Shown here: positions 51,759-62,337 of the stretch, piece by piece | Numbering within the stretch: the first letter of the stretch is position 1 | Layout of the letters: every line of letters begins with the position of its first letter | DNA from: Candidatus Borrarchaeum weybense | GTDB taxonomy: Archaea > Asgardarchaeota > Sifarchaeia > Borrarchaeales > Borrarchaeaceae | Direction: 5' to 3' | NCBI GenBank assembly: GCA_019057385.1 | Contig: JAHQJS010000005.1 | Coordinates: 288,799-352,798 of the forward strand | Length of the DNA stretch: 64,000 bases | Program-made: the position numbers and the translations under genes | Notes under the pieces: generated by a model | Told to the model about the DNA's origin: nothing | The model's input: only the letters and a program-made list of their open reading frames with translations | Database searches by the model: none

Positions 51759-52631
51759 CTAAGATAGCATCTTAATCCGATTTAGATAAGAATTATAATC
51801 TATGTCATCCATTCGAAAAAGTTCCCATAGTATATCATTGGCGACTTGTTTACATTCCTCTGCTTCATCTGAAGTAGGTCTATACTCAGAATGTATAATT
51901 CGATTACGAATCATTCTGAGGTTATCATATCTTTTGAACTCCTCTGTTGGGATAATTCCTTCATTTTTTAAATATCGCATTTTTTTATGAACAGTCCATT
52001 CTCTATTGAGTTTCTCTATTAAGTCCTGAAATACGCCTTTTTTAATAAAATATTCTTCTAATTTTATTGAAAAGAAAATCTCAAGCGTTATCCAGCCAAG
52101 CAAGAAACAATTAGTATATTTCTGTTTACCCCATTCGGAATAGCACTCATAGAACGTGAATATTGGAATTTTAAATTTAGAATGAAAGATTCTTTCTGCA
52201 AAATCAAGTATTACTTTCAATTCATCTATTGTAAGAATTTCTTTATAACCTTCTCTCATATCTGGTGAGACATGTAGCCATCCGCGATCTATAAATGGAG
52301 TTACTTCGAGATTCTTCAGTTTTTTTGTTATTGGGTCGAAATTTACTTCTGCAAGCTCTTTTGGATATGTATTTCTGACTCTATACTTAAGCAAAGTTGT
52401 CGATAGAAAAATTGAGTTTAGAACTTGAGCAGAATAATCCCTATCATCTTTATCTGTACTTAGAAAGCCACTTTGATGAATGAAAATCTTGTCGTTGTTA
52501 AAGAGAAACTCGTAAAAAGTTTTTCCAACAAGTAAAGTGTTTCTTACGTCATATATGTCTATTTCTTTTTCAAAGAAAAGTGGAGGAAAAAAATACGTGC
52601 CAAAACCCTTTATAGACTCTGCCATAAGCAA
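51759..52631 (-). CDS. HEPN-domain protein (putative RNase)
   Basis: W..LE helix and LRMIRNRIIH (RxxxxH) motif. Confidence 0.7.
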   Translation of the reverse strand: MLMAESIKGFGTYFFPPLFFEKEIDIYDVRNTLLVGKTFYEFLFNNDKIFIHQSGFLSTDKDDRDYSAQVLNSIFLSTTLLKYRVRNTYPKELAEVNFDPITKKLKNLEVTPFIDRGWLHVSPDMREGYKEILTIDELKVILDFAERIFHSKFKIPIFTFYECYSEWGKQKYTNCFLLGWITLEIFFSIKLEEYFIKKGVFQDLIEKLNREWTVHKKMRYLKNEGIIPTEEFKRYDNLRMIRNRIIHSEYRPTSDEAEECKQVANDILWELFRMDDIDYNSYLNRIKMLS

Positions 52632-52789
52632 TCAACTATTTCTGATTCTGATAGCTATTCTTAAGATATTATTGATTATCTTTTTTTGAACATTAACTTT
52701 TTGTGATCCTTATATACTCGTTTTAATCATTATTACTGCCTAAGTTCACCAAGAAACAAAAATATTACAATTTATCGCAGGAGAATTAT

Positions 52790-53380
52790 ATGGACGTTAC
52801 TGAAACCATTTCTGCAGAGTTAGCATATTTGGCGGGCGCTGCTGAAGATGCCTACCTAGGAACAAATAGAGAGAAAGGGTACGAATTTGACATGGAATCA
52901 AAGTCTAAACAATGGCTCGAATGTGCTATAGCCCCAAGACTTATAAGATTAATAAAAAAACCGGTGAGAGTTCGAAAAAGGACTACAAGACCGTATTATC
53001 GCCTTAGAATATGGAATAAAGCATTGGTCACAACTCTAGCATCCATTAGAGAAATGCCTTTACAAGTTCTAAATTGGTCCGAAGAGTTTCAACTATTATG
53101 GGTACGCGGATTCATAGACGCAGAAGGCTCTGTAACACAATCAGGAGATAATCAACCAATGCTATCCGTTTACAACAAAAATCTCCAAAAACTACAAATC
53201 ATTGAAAAAATACTATCCCCTTACAAAATCAAAGCCCGCTACTATAAGCCACCTAAAAGGGATGTATGGCAACAGTATTTTACAGGAAGAAGCAATCTAA
53301 GTAAACTTTCTGAAATGGTAAAAATAGAACACCCTGAAAAAAGTAATAACTTACGATTATATCTCAAACAACCGCTTTAA
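52790..53380 (+). CDS. Free-standing LAGLIDADG endonuclease
   Basis: LAYLAGAAEDAY and WVRGFIDAEGS. Confidence 0.88.
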   Translation: MDVTETISAELAYLAGAAEDAYLGTNREKGYEFDMESKSKQWLECAIAPRLIRLIKKPVRVRKRTTRPYYRLRIWNKALVTTLASIREMPLQVLNWSEEFQLLWVRGFIDAEGSVTQSGDNQPMLSVYNKNLQKLQIIEKILSPYKIKARYYKPPKRDVWQQYFTGRSNLSKLSEMVKIEHPEKSNNLRLYLKQPL

Positions 53381-53655
53381 TTCTTTAAAAAAAGTCCATA
53401 TCAGTCACTATCCTCTTCAGCAGCCTTTTTCGCCATTGTTTTTTCGTCTTTAAAACCATTCATCAAGTTTTTTTTTTGATCCTTTTTTACTTGGGAAAAT
53501 CTCACAAGTTCCTGTACATTCATTTCTAACAACGAGCCTATTTCCTTCATAGTGCAAAGAATGTGGAGACGTCACATTCTGGGAGATAGGGGGTTTCGCT
53601 AACTAAATCTGCTTTCTGTATTCAAATTTCTTAAAATGACTTGAAGGAAATATAA

Positions 53656-53677
53656 AGAACCCCGGTCCATGCAAAAC
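53656..53677 (+). repeat. 22-bp direct repeat, copy 2
   Basis: Identical to 51503-51524; partial similarity continues downstream. Confidence 0.95.
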
Positions 53678-53734
53678 CTGTATAGCAAACGCGTAAGACC
53701 TATGTATGACCTTACTTCTCAAATTTTTGAAAAA

Positions 53735-54433
53735 CTAATATTTGACTTTCTGCAACAGATGCTCGTTTTTCGGATGAACAAACACGTATACTCCTGAGTG
53801 TAGAACAGGATTGCCCGTATCGAAATCACGATCGCTGCGACATAACGCATATTTTGTGACAGCTTCTGTCATGAAATGCGGATAATCAAAGAGTTCTGGT
53901 GTAGCAGTTGCCCCATAGAGTTTATGTTCGCCAATGTACACCAGATAACGGACGGATGAACATTCCAATACATTTTGCAATGGAAAATGCTGTGGAGCCC
54001 AACAGGAAAGCACCACATCAGAATGGCATTTTTTAATCGAATTGAAAACATCCATTTTCTCAACTGGGAAGTGTTTGCCCTGAGTTAACATTTCCCATGA
54101 GTAATCATCGGTGGCTGTTATCGAAAGATAATCCGAAAGATAGTATGAAAGTAATCCATCGCCTGCGTGTATTTCCAGCAGATTCTTGGGATTGAGAATT
54201 GCGAGTAGGTTGATCAGGTCTGCGATGAACTCCTGTGAATAGATCTGATATATTCCATGTTCTGCACAATACCACGGTCTGCCAAGTTCAGTTTGCTCTA
54301 CATACTTGATGAAATTCACGACTGAAGAATATGAACGAAGTGGATAGTTAATATTCGTCTGTAGGTATCTCATTAACTTACGTAATTGACTTTTTGTACC
54401 CAATCTTGAACTTATGCGATCATATGAGCTCAT
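53735..54433 (-). CDS. Putative class I SAM-dependent methyltransferase-like protein
   Basis: LLEIHAGDGLL motif I, ATD, DVVLSCW.P. Confidence 0.6.
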   Translation of the reverse strand: MSSYDRISSRLGTKSQLRKLMRYLQTNINYPLRSYSSVVNFIKYVEQTELGRPWYCAEHGIYQIYSQEFIADLINLLAILNPKNLLEIHAGDGLLSYYLSDYLSITATDDYSWEMLTQGKHFPVEKMDVFNSIKKCHSDVVLSCWAPQHFPLQNVLECSSVRYLVYIGEHKLYGATATPELFDYPHFMTEAVTKYALCRSDRDFDTGNPVLHSGVYVFVHPKNEHLLQKVKY

Positions 54434-54490
54434 TTTGTTAGCCTTTAAGATAGCATGATAATCAAATATTCTGTTGACTATCCCGTCTTA

Positions 54491-54736
54491 TCATACTTCG
54501 TTGATCCATCCCAACTTTTTCCATTGTTCTTGTCGCTCATTTCGGTTTCGTAAAATAAGTTCTTTGATTTCCTCGGTAGATAGTTTCTCGGTAACGGATT
54601 CAATTTCGGTAAGTGAATTGCCATGGCCTATTCCTAAGGCTCGAAGAAAGGTAATTACTGTTTGGACATCTAATTCTCGAAATAAGACATCAAGTCCTTT
54701 ATTCAAGGCCCTATATTCTTCTTCACTTAATGTCAT
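54491..54736 (-). CDS. Putative antitoxin partner of the upstream PIN gene
   Basis: G...L...L......FL.....G.G. pattern; overlaps the PIN gene stop. Confidence 0.6.
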   Translation of the reverse strand: MTLSEEEYRALNKGLDVLFRELDVQTVITFLRALGIGHGNSLTEIESVTEKLSTEEIKELILRNRNERQEQWKKLGWINEV

Positions 54737-55208
54737 TCAGGTTAACCTCTTGAAGAAAGTCTACAGGATTTCTTATGTATATAGTGTATTCTTTTTTCTT
54801 CAAAACTCTTTCGAGCGAGTCAACTTTTCGTGTGAGTTCATCATCACAAGTTATGAAATAGTCGGCATGTAAGAGCACAGCTGATGCTATGTGATAACAA
54901 TCAAATAGATCGGAAATGCTACATTTCTGAGAAATGTACAAACCTAGTTGCTCAACTGTCTGATTAAAGGGTATGAATGCCTTTACATAGGGTTCAATAG
55001 AATTCAATACCGTATCTTTTTTCTGATCGTTGGCTATGCCACAGAGTTCAGCATCTAAGGTTTCTGAATACAGTAAATCAAATTTCGCTTCTCGTACCAT
55101 TTTCAATAGAGTAAGTGCTGCGGTCGCTTCAATCCGTATTCGCGCTTGTCGTAAATCATCGTAGGGTCTACACATCACGTTTGTGTTGAACATGACTCGC
55201 AAGGGCAT
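54723..55208 (-). CDS. PIN-domain (VapC-like) protein
   Basis: CRPYDD...RIRIEA, D..HIASA, FITCD. Confidence 0.8.
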   Translation of the reverse strand: MPLRVMFNTNVMCRPYDDLRQARIRIEATAALTLLKMVREAKFDLLYSETLDAELCGIANDQKKDTVLNSIEPYVKAFIPFNQTVEQLGLYISQKCSISDLFDCYHIASAVLLHADYFITCDDELTRKVDSLERVLKKKEYTIYIRNPVDFLQEVNLNDIK

Positions 55209-55331
55209 ATTTCTCCACTAAATAACATGTGCTATATAATGTATATATGTACCACGTTCTTTGATAAGATACTAGAAGAGAGCAAAGAAATCTTAAATTA
55301 GTCAAAAATGGTATGGTTATCAGTGATTTGA

Positions 55332-55517
55332 ATGAGTAATGAATTATTAGAAAAGATCACCAATATTGAGAAGTTGCTGATGGAAATAGACGCTAAAATA
55401 GACCATTTTTTAGGATTTGAGGAATTAAGTGAAGAGGAAAAAGAAGAGGTAAGAAAATTACGTGAGGAAGTAGGAAAAGGCGAGTATGCAAGCTATAACG
55501 AGATTTTTAGTGATTAA
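55332..55517 (+). CDS. Small acidic antitoxin-like protein
   Basis: EELSEEE......EEV.KGEY.S..EIF. Confidence 0.6.
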   Translation: MSNELLEKITNIEKLLMEIDAKIDHFLGFEELSEEEKEEVRKLREEVGKGEYASYNEIFSD

Positions 55518-55815
55518 TATGACTATAATAACAATCAATCCGCAAAGAATAATTAACAAGATTGAAGAACTATTTAAGATCGCTTTGCCTGACACAATAT
55601 TCGATTTAAGGTATGATAATGCTTCTGATGTCCTTGGTATTCGATTCCGAGAGTATTTAGATAGTATAAGTGATGCGATTGATGATGAAGGAATGGTTAT
55701 TAGTATATACGATCCGAAAACAAATGAAATCGTAGGGTTAGAAATTTTAGGCCTCAGAGATCATCTTAAGGAATGGAAAATTGATAAAGTAATTCCTTCT
55801 AGCAAAAAAAGTTGA
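55486..55815 (+). CDS. DUF2283-like protein (start may be ATG 55519)
   Basis: YD..SDVL.I.F...D....EIVGLEIL. Confidence 0.65.
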   Translation: MQAITRFLVINMTIITINPQRIINKIEELFKIALPDTIFDLRYDNASDVLGIRFREYLDSISDAIDDEGMVISIYDPKTNEIVGLEILGLRDHLKEWKIDKVIPSSKKS

Positions 55816-56030
55816 TAAGTTCATTTTTTCTGACGAATTCTTGAAAGAAGACCCCCATTGACAAGGTTTCTCTAATAAATTAGTGATTTTACCCTACACT
55901 TTTGTGGGGGTCATATATATGACAATGTCAAAACTACACAAAACTGTAGTTGGTTTTATTAGGAAGGAATTCGGTTTTTTCATAAAGAAATACTGCAAAA
56001 TGTACACCGTACTAGTGTCTGGAACAGGAG

Positions 56031-56522
56031 GTGGCACATATAAGGGGTGACAGAACAGGAGGCATAACTCTTGCAGGGATTCTGCAATTAATTAGTGGGC
56101 TTGATACTCTCTTTATTGGTTTACTAGGCTTATCCTATTTATTAGGAATCTTCGTAATGGGCTTCTTCTTGGATTATGCGACGGTATTAACGGCTTTGAC
56201 CTATTTGGTAGTTCTTTATACTAACATGCTCACCATTGGAGGTGTCTCAATGGTGACGGTAATGGGTATTGTGGCAATAATTTGGGGTGTTTTGGGTCTA
56301 ATCGCGACTGCCGGAATTTTAAGACTCTCACGCTGGGCTCTTTGGGTGGCGAGTATATTCAACATAGTTCTTATCATTGATATGATACTTTTATTGTATA
56401 ATTCAGTTACTATGGGTATGATCGCCACAACTACGTTTGCGTATTTGTTCTATTTGTTGCTGATAGTGTTTCCGATAGTTGTTGAAATAATTTTAATCGC
56501 AAAGAGGACAGAATTTATCTAA
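56031..56522 (+). CDS. Multi-pass membrane protein
   Basis: 4-5 hydrophobic segments; SD GGAG. Confidence 0.75.
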   Translation: MAHIRGDRTGGITLAGILQLISGLDTLFIGLLGLSYLLGIFVMGFFLDYATVLTALTYLVVLYTNMLTIGGVSMVTVMGIVAIIWGVLGLIATAGILRLSRWALWVASIFNIVLIIDMILLLYNSVTMGMIATTTFAYLFYLLLIVFPIVVEIILIAKRTEFI

Positions 56523-56720
56523 TGCCTGCCATTGCACTTTTTCTATTTTTCTTAATCAAGTCACTTAGTGTGCTAGGTGATTCAGCCAAGAATTCTAATT
56601 AATAGGGAAGATGCCCAGATTCATTATCATTATTTTAAAAAAAGTGTGGTGCATTATAGGGCAAAAGTGCTGGTTTTAGAGGACAAACTCCAAAAAACAA
56701 AGTTATAATCTTAGGTTAAA

Positions 56721-56957
56721 TTATTGAGAATTTTTTCCATTAAAGCCATTTTGGAGGTGTTTCATTAAATTTTGAGAGAGTTCTAAAGATGCAAAATCGC
56801 ATGCTTTTTCAAGAGTCTTTTTTGCCTTCTTAGTAATGTCTTGAACGAATCGCGAGAACACAAACTCCCAATATTTAACATGAATTTCGAGATCAGAGAG
56901 ACACGTGGTAACTGATGGTGTCTCTTCTTTTTCTGTTCGCCTAAACAATCCCATCAT
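56721..56957 (-). CDS. Hypothetical protein
   Basis: ORF preceded by GAGGG SD. Confidence 0.4.
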   Translation of the reverse strand: MMGLFRRTEKEETPSVTTCLSDLEIHVKYWEFVFSRFVQDITKKAKKTLEKACDFASLELSQNLMKHLQNGFNGKNSQ

Positions 56958-57349
56958 AGCACCCTCAATTTCTCTTGGTATGCAAACAGGTAACCATTCT
57001 TTATATTACATAGTTAAACTATTGGAACTATCATAACTTCTTGTATAAATTTTGTTAATAAGGCACACCGTTCCCATCTTTTTATGAGTATAGGTTCTGG
57101 CAGCTAACATGGTTGCCGATAATCTATAGCTCGTTGGTAGTGGTATTCCAGACGTTTCACAGAAGTACTTTTTATCATACATTTTTTTCATAGTTCACCG
57201 AATTTAACTACGATAAGATCGGAGAAAAGGTTCTAGTTTTGCATTTTAAAGGCAGACATTAGTTGAAATCATTTTTCAAAAATGTGGACTTTATATACAT
57301 TTTTTTACACAAAAGATTGCTTTAAAAAATCACATATGATGAGACAAAG

Positions 57350-57853
57350 ATGATAATCCAACTTCCACACATAAAGAAGATGATCTATGAGGCGTATCCA
57401 GCTCTTAATGGTATAGTCAAGGCTCATGTAGAGGGCTTAGAAAATGTAGTAACTCTCTATACTAATACAGTAGAAGATTTCATTCGACGTCATTGTGAAC
57501 AAATCTATTTACATCTTGAACCTGAACCCAACAACGAGCGGCAGAAACTAGTAAAACAACGAATTCTTGAGATATGTAAGGAAATTGCATCGAAAGAAAC
57601 TCTGGAAGAACCACCAATAGATATTTTAACAGAAGATGAGATAACTAAGCTTCTGGAGAACTTCGAGAAAGAAACCTTTCACAAGTACAAAAATGGTGAG
57701 AAACTCACAATTGACGATTATGTACAGTTCGCCAGTAAATACGGCTACTCAATAGGAAAAGTGTTGATAGCTTCGGCTTGGCTTGATGAACATCTCACTA
57801 ACAAAGCGATAGACGCAAAAAAAGAAGCCTATGAAGAGGCTACACTTGCCTAG
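57350..57853 (+). CDS. Hypothetical protein
   Basis: 167-aa helical ORF. Confidence 0.65.
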   Translation: MIIQLPHIKKMIYEAYPALNGIVKAHVEGLENVVTLYTNTVEDFIRRHCEQIYLHLEPEPNNERQKLVKQRILEICKEIASKETLEEPPIDILTEDEITKLLENFEKETFHKYKNGEKLTIDDYVQFASKYGYSIGKVLIASAWLDEHLTNKAIDAKKEAYEEATLA

Positions 57854-58009
57854 TCGACTGAATATAATCCCGAATTTTGAAATCATATCTCCTTACTGCT
57901 TTTAAAAAAAGCAAGCTATCTTTTGGCATATGTTTGTTTTCAAGAACGTAATAAACTTGAGAAATATTCTTAAAAGTCTGTAAACTCGCCTAAAATTCTA
58001 TTTTAAAGG

Positions 58010-58291
58010 CTATCCTTCATTTTCATCAAGTATTTGCTGTAAGTCATCTATAACAAAATATCCGTCTTCAAATGATTTGACTGCAATTTCAAGTATTTCA
58101 GTTTTTGCAATAATCTCATCGTTAATATCTTGCTTATCTTCTACACCGTTCCAAAAAACAGAGAAAAAATCCTTAATAGTTGAAAGAGAGGCCTTACCTT
58201 TGATAAATTCTCTTAATCCTGTGCAAAGATCCGAGAATTGAATTGCTTGATGTAGTTCTTGCATGTTCTTTCCTCTTATGATTACCCTCAA
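58010..58291 (-). CDS. Hypothetical protein
   Basis: ORF only. Confidence 0.55.
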   Translation of the reverse strand: MRVIIRGKNMQELHQAIQFSDLCTGLREFIKGKASLSTIKDFFSVFWNGVEDKQDINDEIIAKTEILEIAVKSFEDGYFVIDDLQQILDENEG

Positions 58292-58488
58292 AGCTTTGCA
58301 ATAAAGATTTCGGTGTCAAAAAGTAGTGATATATGACTTTCAGATACCATGTGACCTTAGAGAAGATAGTGGCAGAGAACTAGGCTTATAAACTTCAATT
58401 AATGACATAAAAACAGACAACATGCATGTTAATCAAACAAATGCCCTCTTAAGGACGGGATTTCCGTATCAACACCGTTTTCTGCTTT

Positions 58489-58773
58489 TTGTGGAAGATT
58501 TCACCTGAAGTTAAAAAAAGCACAGATGTGAATGATATTATACGAAAAAGGCAGGGGATCATTATGGAATCTTTTAAGACCCATGTTATTTCGGAACGTA
58601 AATTCGTTCGCTTGTATGAAGATGAAGGCAAGTATTTTGTTGAATTGACTGCTAATGGATATGCTGTCAAGGCAGTAGCAGGAACAACTCTCAAAATGGC
58701 CGAAACATATTATCTTGAAATTATCAACAAGTTAAGAGATGGAATGAGTATGCTAGAAGCATTGCATTCCTAG
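58489..58773 (+). CDS. Hypothetical protein (start probably near 58564)
   Basis: ORF with GGGG SD before the internal ATG. Confidence 0.55.
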   Translation: MWKISPEVKKSTDVNDIIRKRQGIIMESFKTHVISERKFVRLYEDEGKYFVELTANGYAVKAVAGTTLKMAETYYLEIINKLRDGMSMLEALHS

Positions 58774-58779
58774 GCCATT

Positions 58780-59601
58780 TTATATTACTCCTTTTTTCTC
58801 TAACTGTTTTTTAAATCCTTTTTCTGTGTTTGGATAGTGCGAGATGAATTCTCCGTTTAAAAGGATACAAAATGTTCCAATTGGATGAATAGTCTGTGCT
58901 TCTTTCGCATCTTTGATATCCTCAAATCTTACCGGGATTCCTAAGTCTTTACCAACCTTTTTCATAATGGGGATAAAATCCGTTATGTATGGACATTGAA
59001 CTGACTTGAAGAGTGTAAATCCTTCTGGATATTTTTTCCAGATTTCTTCTGCTGCAGAATAATTAAATTTTGGAAGTGGAGCATCATCTGAGATGCGTTT
59101 TACATATAATTCAAAGCCATTTGGAGCCTCATCAACTTTTTCAAATTCGTTCTTAACATAGATCTTTCTTCCTGCTAAGAAATTGCCTTCAGTTGCAGCA
59201 ACTGCCACGCCATGCATTCCTTGGTCTTTTGCATCCTTTAAACAAAGTTCTAGTAGTTTAGTAGCATATCCTTTCTTTTTATGCTTTCCAACGACCCATA
59301 AGCAGTGAATAACCATGTATCCAGGCGCATTAATGCCTCGCCAAGCGTATTCGCCAGGAATATATTCAATAAATCCTCTTGAAGTCCAGCCAGGTTTTGT
59401 TTCCTTCACGAGAAGGAGTTTTAATTTTAAGTCTTCTTTAAAACGCTCCTTGATCCATTTAACTTTGTTGCTGTAAGGTTCACCTTGTTTTTTTGATTTG
59501 TGACAGAACAGATCGTATTCATCTAGATTTGATTCGTTCACATCAACAATTTTGTAATCTTTTGACATATTTTTCCCTCGATTCTTTTGCTTGATAAACA
59601 A
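58780..59601 (-). CDS. YoaP-like GNAT acetyltransferase
   Basis: FIEYIPGEYAWR, IHCLWV, GY...LL, QCPY. Confidence 0.88.
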   Translation of the reverse strand: MFIKQKNRGKNMSKDYKIVDVNESNLDEYDLFCHKSKKQGEPYSNKVKWIKERFKEDLKLKLLLVKETKPGWTSRGFIEYIPGEYAWRGINAPGYMVIHCLWVVGKHKKKGYATKLLELCLKDAKDQGMHGVAVAATEGNFLAGRKIYVKNEFEKVDEAPNGFELYVKRISDDAPLPKFNYSAAEEIWKKYPEGFTLFKSVQCPYITDFIPIMKKVGKDLGIPVRFEDIKDAKEAQTIHPIGTFCILLNGEFISHYPNTEKGFKKQLEKKGVI

Positions 59602-59619
59602 ATTCGGTATCGCCCAAAG

Positions 59620-59958
59620 TTAAGTCTCCTGAATTAGTTTTAGAAGTTTAACAATTTGTTTTTCATCTATTTCATTTAATGACGCAATCTGGATATGCCT
59701 CGTGGTTTTTCCTGTGCCTTGAAATAATGCGATTTTTTCTTTTGTTAAACCTTTGATAGAAAAACCAAGGTTAACATGAGTCTTAAGCGCAACGAAATAG
59801 TATTTACCATTACCGTAAGCTGGGACTCCCCATTTCATTTCCTCTTTGATGTCTGGGAAAGTATTGAAAATGATTTGTCTCAATTTTTTGCAAATCTCTC
59901 TTTGAGGAGATTGTTGTTTTTCTATGTATTCATCAATTTTGTCATCCATGACTACCAA
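59620..59958 (-). CDS. DUF1801 protein
   Basis: IDEYI, LR.II, E.MKWGVPAY, HVNLGF, GTGK..RH. Confidence 0.88.
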   Translation of the reverse strand: MVVMDDKIDEYIEKQQSPQREICKKLRQIIFNTFPDIKEEMKWGVPAYGNGKYYFVALKTHVNLGFSIKGLTKEKIALFQGTGKTTRHIQIASLNEIDEKQIVKLLKLIQET

Positions 59959-60018
59959 TTCCTCGATTTTTGCTTCTTATCATCCCTGTGACTTGTAATT
60001 GGAATGTAACTCCGTATA

Positions 60019-60909
60019 TTAAAAACGCCACTGTCTCACCCTTTTTTCAAAATTGTTATGTGGTTTAAAAGGAGTAACAAGTGTTTCAGGCTTTTCTCCA
60101 AGAATTTCAACTTCATCCTTAGGATATAACGCACCGAATTCCGTTTCATCTTTTTCTCTCAGCAGCGTTAAATACCCAATATCATCAACATTGAATCCCA
60201 TTAAATAAGCTGCTAGAGAATCCGCAGCAAAAGCATCAAAGGATGCTATTGCCCAGCCTGCTTTTATTGCAGTTCCCATAGCTGGTCCATTCCCTTCCAT
60301 TCCAATGGCTCCATCAATAATTGCCAAATCGGGGAACGCATACTCCGCTATTGTAGCCAAATTATGATGGATATATTTACCTCTATGAAATTTCTTTCGC
60401 ATGTTGACCTTTTGTATCATTCCAACTAAGACATTCTTGATGCTCAGTGTAATTCCGGCCGAACTATGAGTTTTTGGGCGGACAATTGATACTAAAAATG
60501 GAGCCTCTACCATAGTTTTGCTAAGAGGCAAAGTCAACTCTCCTTCTGGATATTTCAATTTCTTAAGCAAGGTTTCGTCCTCTTTTAGATCCAAAAGTTC
60601 AATTTGAGAGTTTTCTTTAGCCAATTCTGCAAAACCATATTGTTGAAAGCCTTCTTGTGTATTCCCCCATGAAGCTTTCTCTGCTACGATGATCTTTCCT
60701 GTGTAAAATGGCAAAATAAAGTCGATAAAGCTTTTCACAGCTTGGATTGGAGTTGTAGATAACTCTGTTTTGACAACGACCAAATTAATCTTTATTATTA
60801 GTGATGAGATCTTAGATAAAGCGTTCTCGATCTCCTCTTTTATAAGTTTTAATGCCGCCTTCACACCTTTATGATCTTCAATTTTAACAAGCGATACTTT
60901 TGACCGCAA
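60019..60909 (-). CDS. DUF362 protein
   Basis: IKINLV, PKTH...ITLSIKN, IIDG..GMEGNGP, A.DS.AA.LMGF. Confidence 0.85.
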   Translation of the reverse strand: MRSKVSLVKIEDHKGVKAALKLIKEEIENALSKISSLIIKINLVVVKTELSTTPIQAVKSFIDFILPFYTGKIIVAEKASWGNTQEGFQQYGFAELAKENSQIELLDLKEDETLLKKLKYPEGELTLPLSKTMVEAPFLVSIVRPKTHSSAGITLSIKNVLVGMIQKVNMRKKFHRGKYIHHNLATIAEYAFPDLAIIDGAIGMEGNGPAMGTAIKAGWAIASFDAFAADSLAAYLMGFNVDDIGYLTLLREKDETEFGALYPKDEVEILGEKPETLVTPFKPHNNFEKRVRQWRF

Positions 60910-61192
60910 ACAGCAACCTTCTTTTCAGATTTAGTTAAAAAAGAAAAGATCCACTATGTTCCTACTAATTTCTTGTGGTCTTTATATATTCATTTGAGTT
61001 GGGGCATTGCTCATTCCATCAAGAGACGATTCAAGATGAGAAAAGGGGATACATCTCTAGGGGATAATATCCAAAACTGAATCGCCTCCTATATATCCCA
61101 ATCTCTCATTTTCCCCCCTCTCCCCCTCCCCTTTCCCCTTTCTCTTGAATTCCAATTCAATGAAGAATTCTGCGTTGATAGTTTAGTTTTCT

Positions 61193-62272
61193 CTAGAACC
61201 TTTTCCAATATTTTGAAAGTATGCCTCTTAGCATGTTTACACGCTTTAAAGCTTCATTGTCTGTATTAATTTCCTCAAGGGGGAACTCATCGTCTGAAAA
61301 TTCAATTTTATGATCAAGAAGCGTCTGGATGACGATTTCGACAAACTTTGGGAGTCCAAGCAAATTATAGCCGCCTTCTAACACAAAAACTAATTTTCCT
61401 TCACAAATGTCCTCAGCCAATTTTTTTAACTGGTGAGTAATGGTTGCATAAAGGCTTGAAGTAAGTCTAAGATTTCCAATAGGATCTGCGTAGTGGGTAT
61501 CAAATCCCATAGCTATAATGATAAGTTCTGGATTGAATTCTTTTGCTACATGGGGCACAATTTTTTGAAAAGATTTCAAGTAGGTACGGTTCAACGTAAG
61601 AAATGGCAAAGGAATGTTTACATTGTAGCCCTCACCTTCTCCAAAGCCGATTTCAAAAATTCCTCCCTTTTCGCTTTCATTGAAATACTCGTGCATCGAG
61701 ATGTACATTACAGAAGGGTCAGAATAGAAGAATTCAGCGATTCCATCTCCATGATGGGAGTCTAGGTCAAGGCACAGCGCTCGATCGAGTTTTTTTTTCC
61801 TTTTCAAAGTTAGTAAAGCCGCAGCACAATTATTAAAAATGCAGAGCCCTTCAGTTTTGGAGTAGCCTGCATGATGTCCAGGAGGACGAATCAAGGCAAA
61901 TGATTGTGTTACGTTCCCTTTAAGCACTTCTTCACAGGCGAGAATGGTGCCACCAACGGCCAGTTTTGCGACATCAAAAGCATCCCGTGAGGCATAAGAA
62001 TGTGCGCCTATTTCGCCTTCCCCAATCTTAGACAGCGATTTCACGGAATCCACAAGATAAGGCGCATGAATTTTATACAAATCCTTCTCTTTGATAGGTT
62101 TAGCTAAGATGGGTTCGATACCAGGTAGATCAAAGATTTCTTTTTGTTGAAGATAAGTATATACCGCTGCTAGGCGTTCAGGCGTTTCAAAGGACTCAAA
62201 ATGAGGGCGAGGAAAATTAGTATCATGTTTCAAGAAGTCAGGATGGTGAATTATGCCAATCAATATTTGCAC
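61193..62272 (-). CDS. Histone deacetylase/AcuC-family protein
   Basis: ETPERL, RPPGHHA, G.C.FNN, DLDSHHGDG, GFDTH..DP, LEGGY. Confidence 0.95.
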   Translation of the reverse strand: MQILIGIIHHPDFLKHDTNFPRPHFESFETPERLAAVYTYLQQKEIFDLPGIEPILAKPIKEKDLYKIHAPYLVDSVKSLSKIGEGEIGAHSYASRDAFDVAKLAVGGTILACEEVLKGNVTQSFALIRPPGHHAGYSKTEGLCIFNNCAAALLTLKRKKKLDRALCLDLDSHHGDGIAEFFYSDPSVMYISMHEYFNESEKGGIFEIGFGEGEGYNVNIPLPFLTLNRTYLKSFQKIVPHVAKEFNPELIIIAMGFDTHYADPIGNLRLTSSLYATITHQLKKLAEDICEGKLVFVLEGGYNLLGLPKFVEIVIQTLLDHKIEFSDDEFPLEEINTDNEALKRVNMLRGILSKYWKRF

Positions 62273-62337
62273 CTCAGAAAAGATCTCATATAATGTAATT
62301 GTGGCATAACCTTATAATCAGTATTGACTACAAATAT

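Noticed and set aside
57006-57191. 61-aa ORF
   Set aside because: Short, with no motif; cannot be supported
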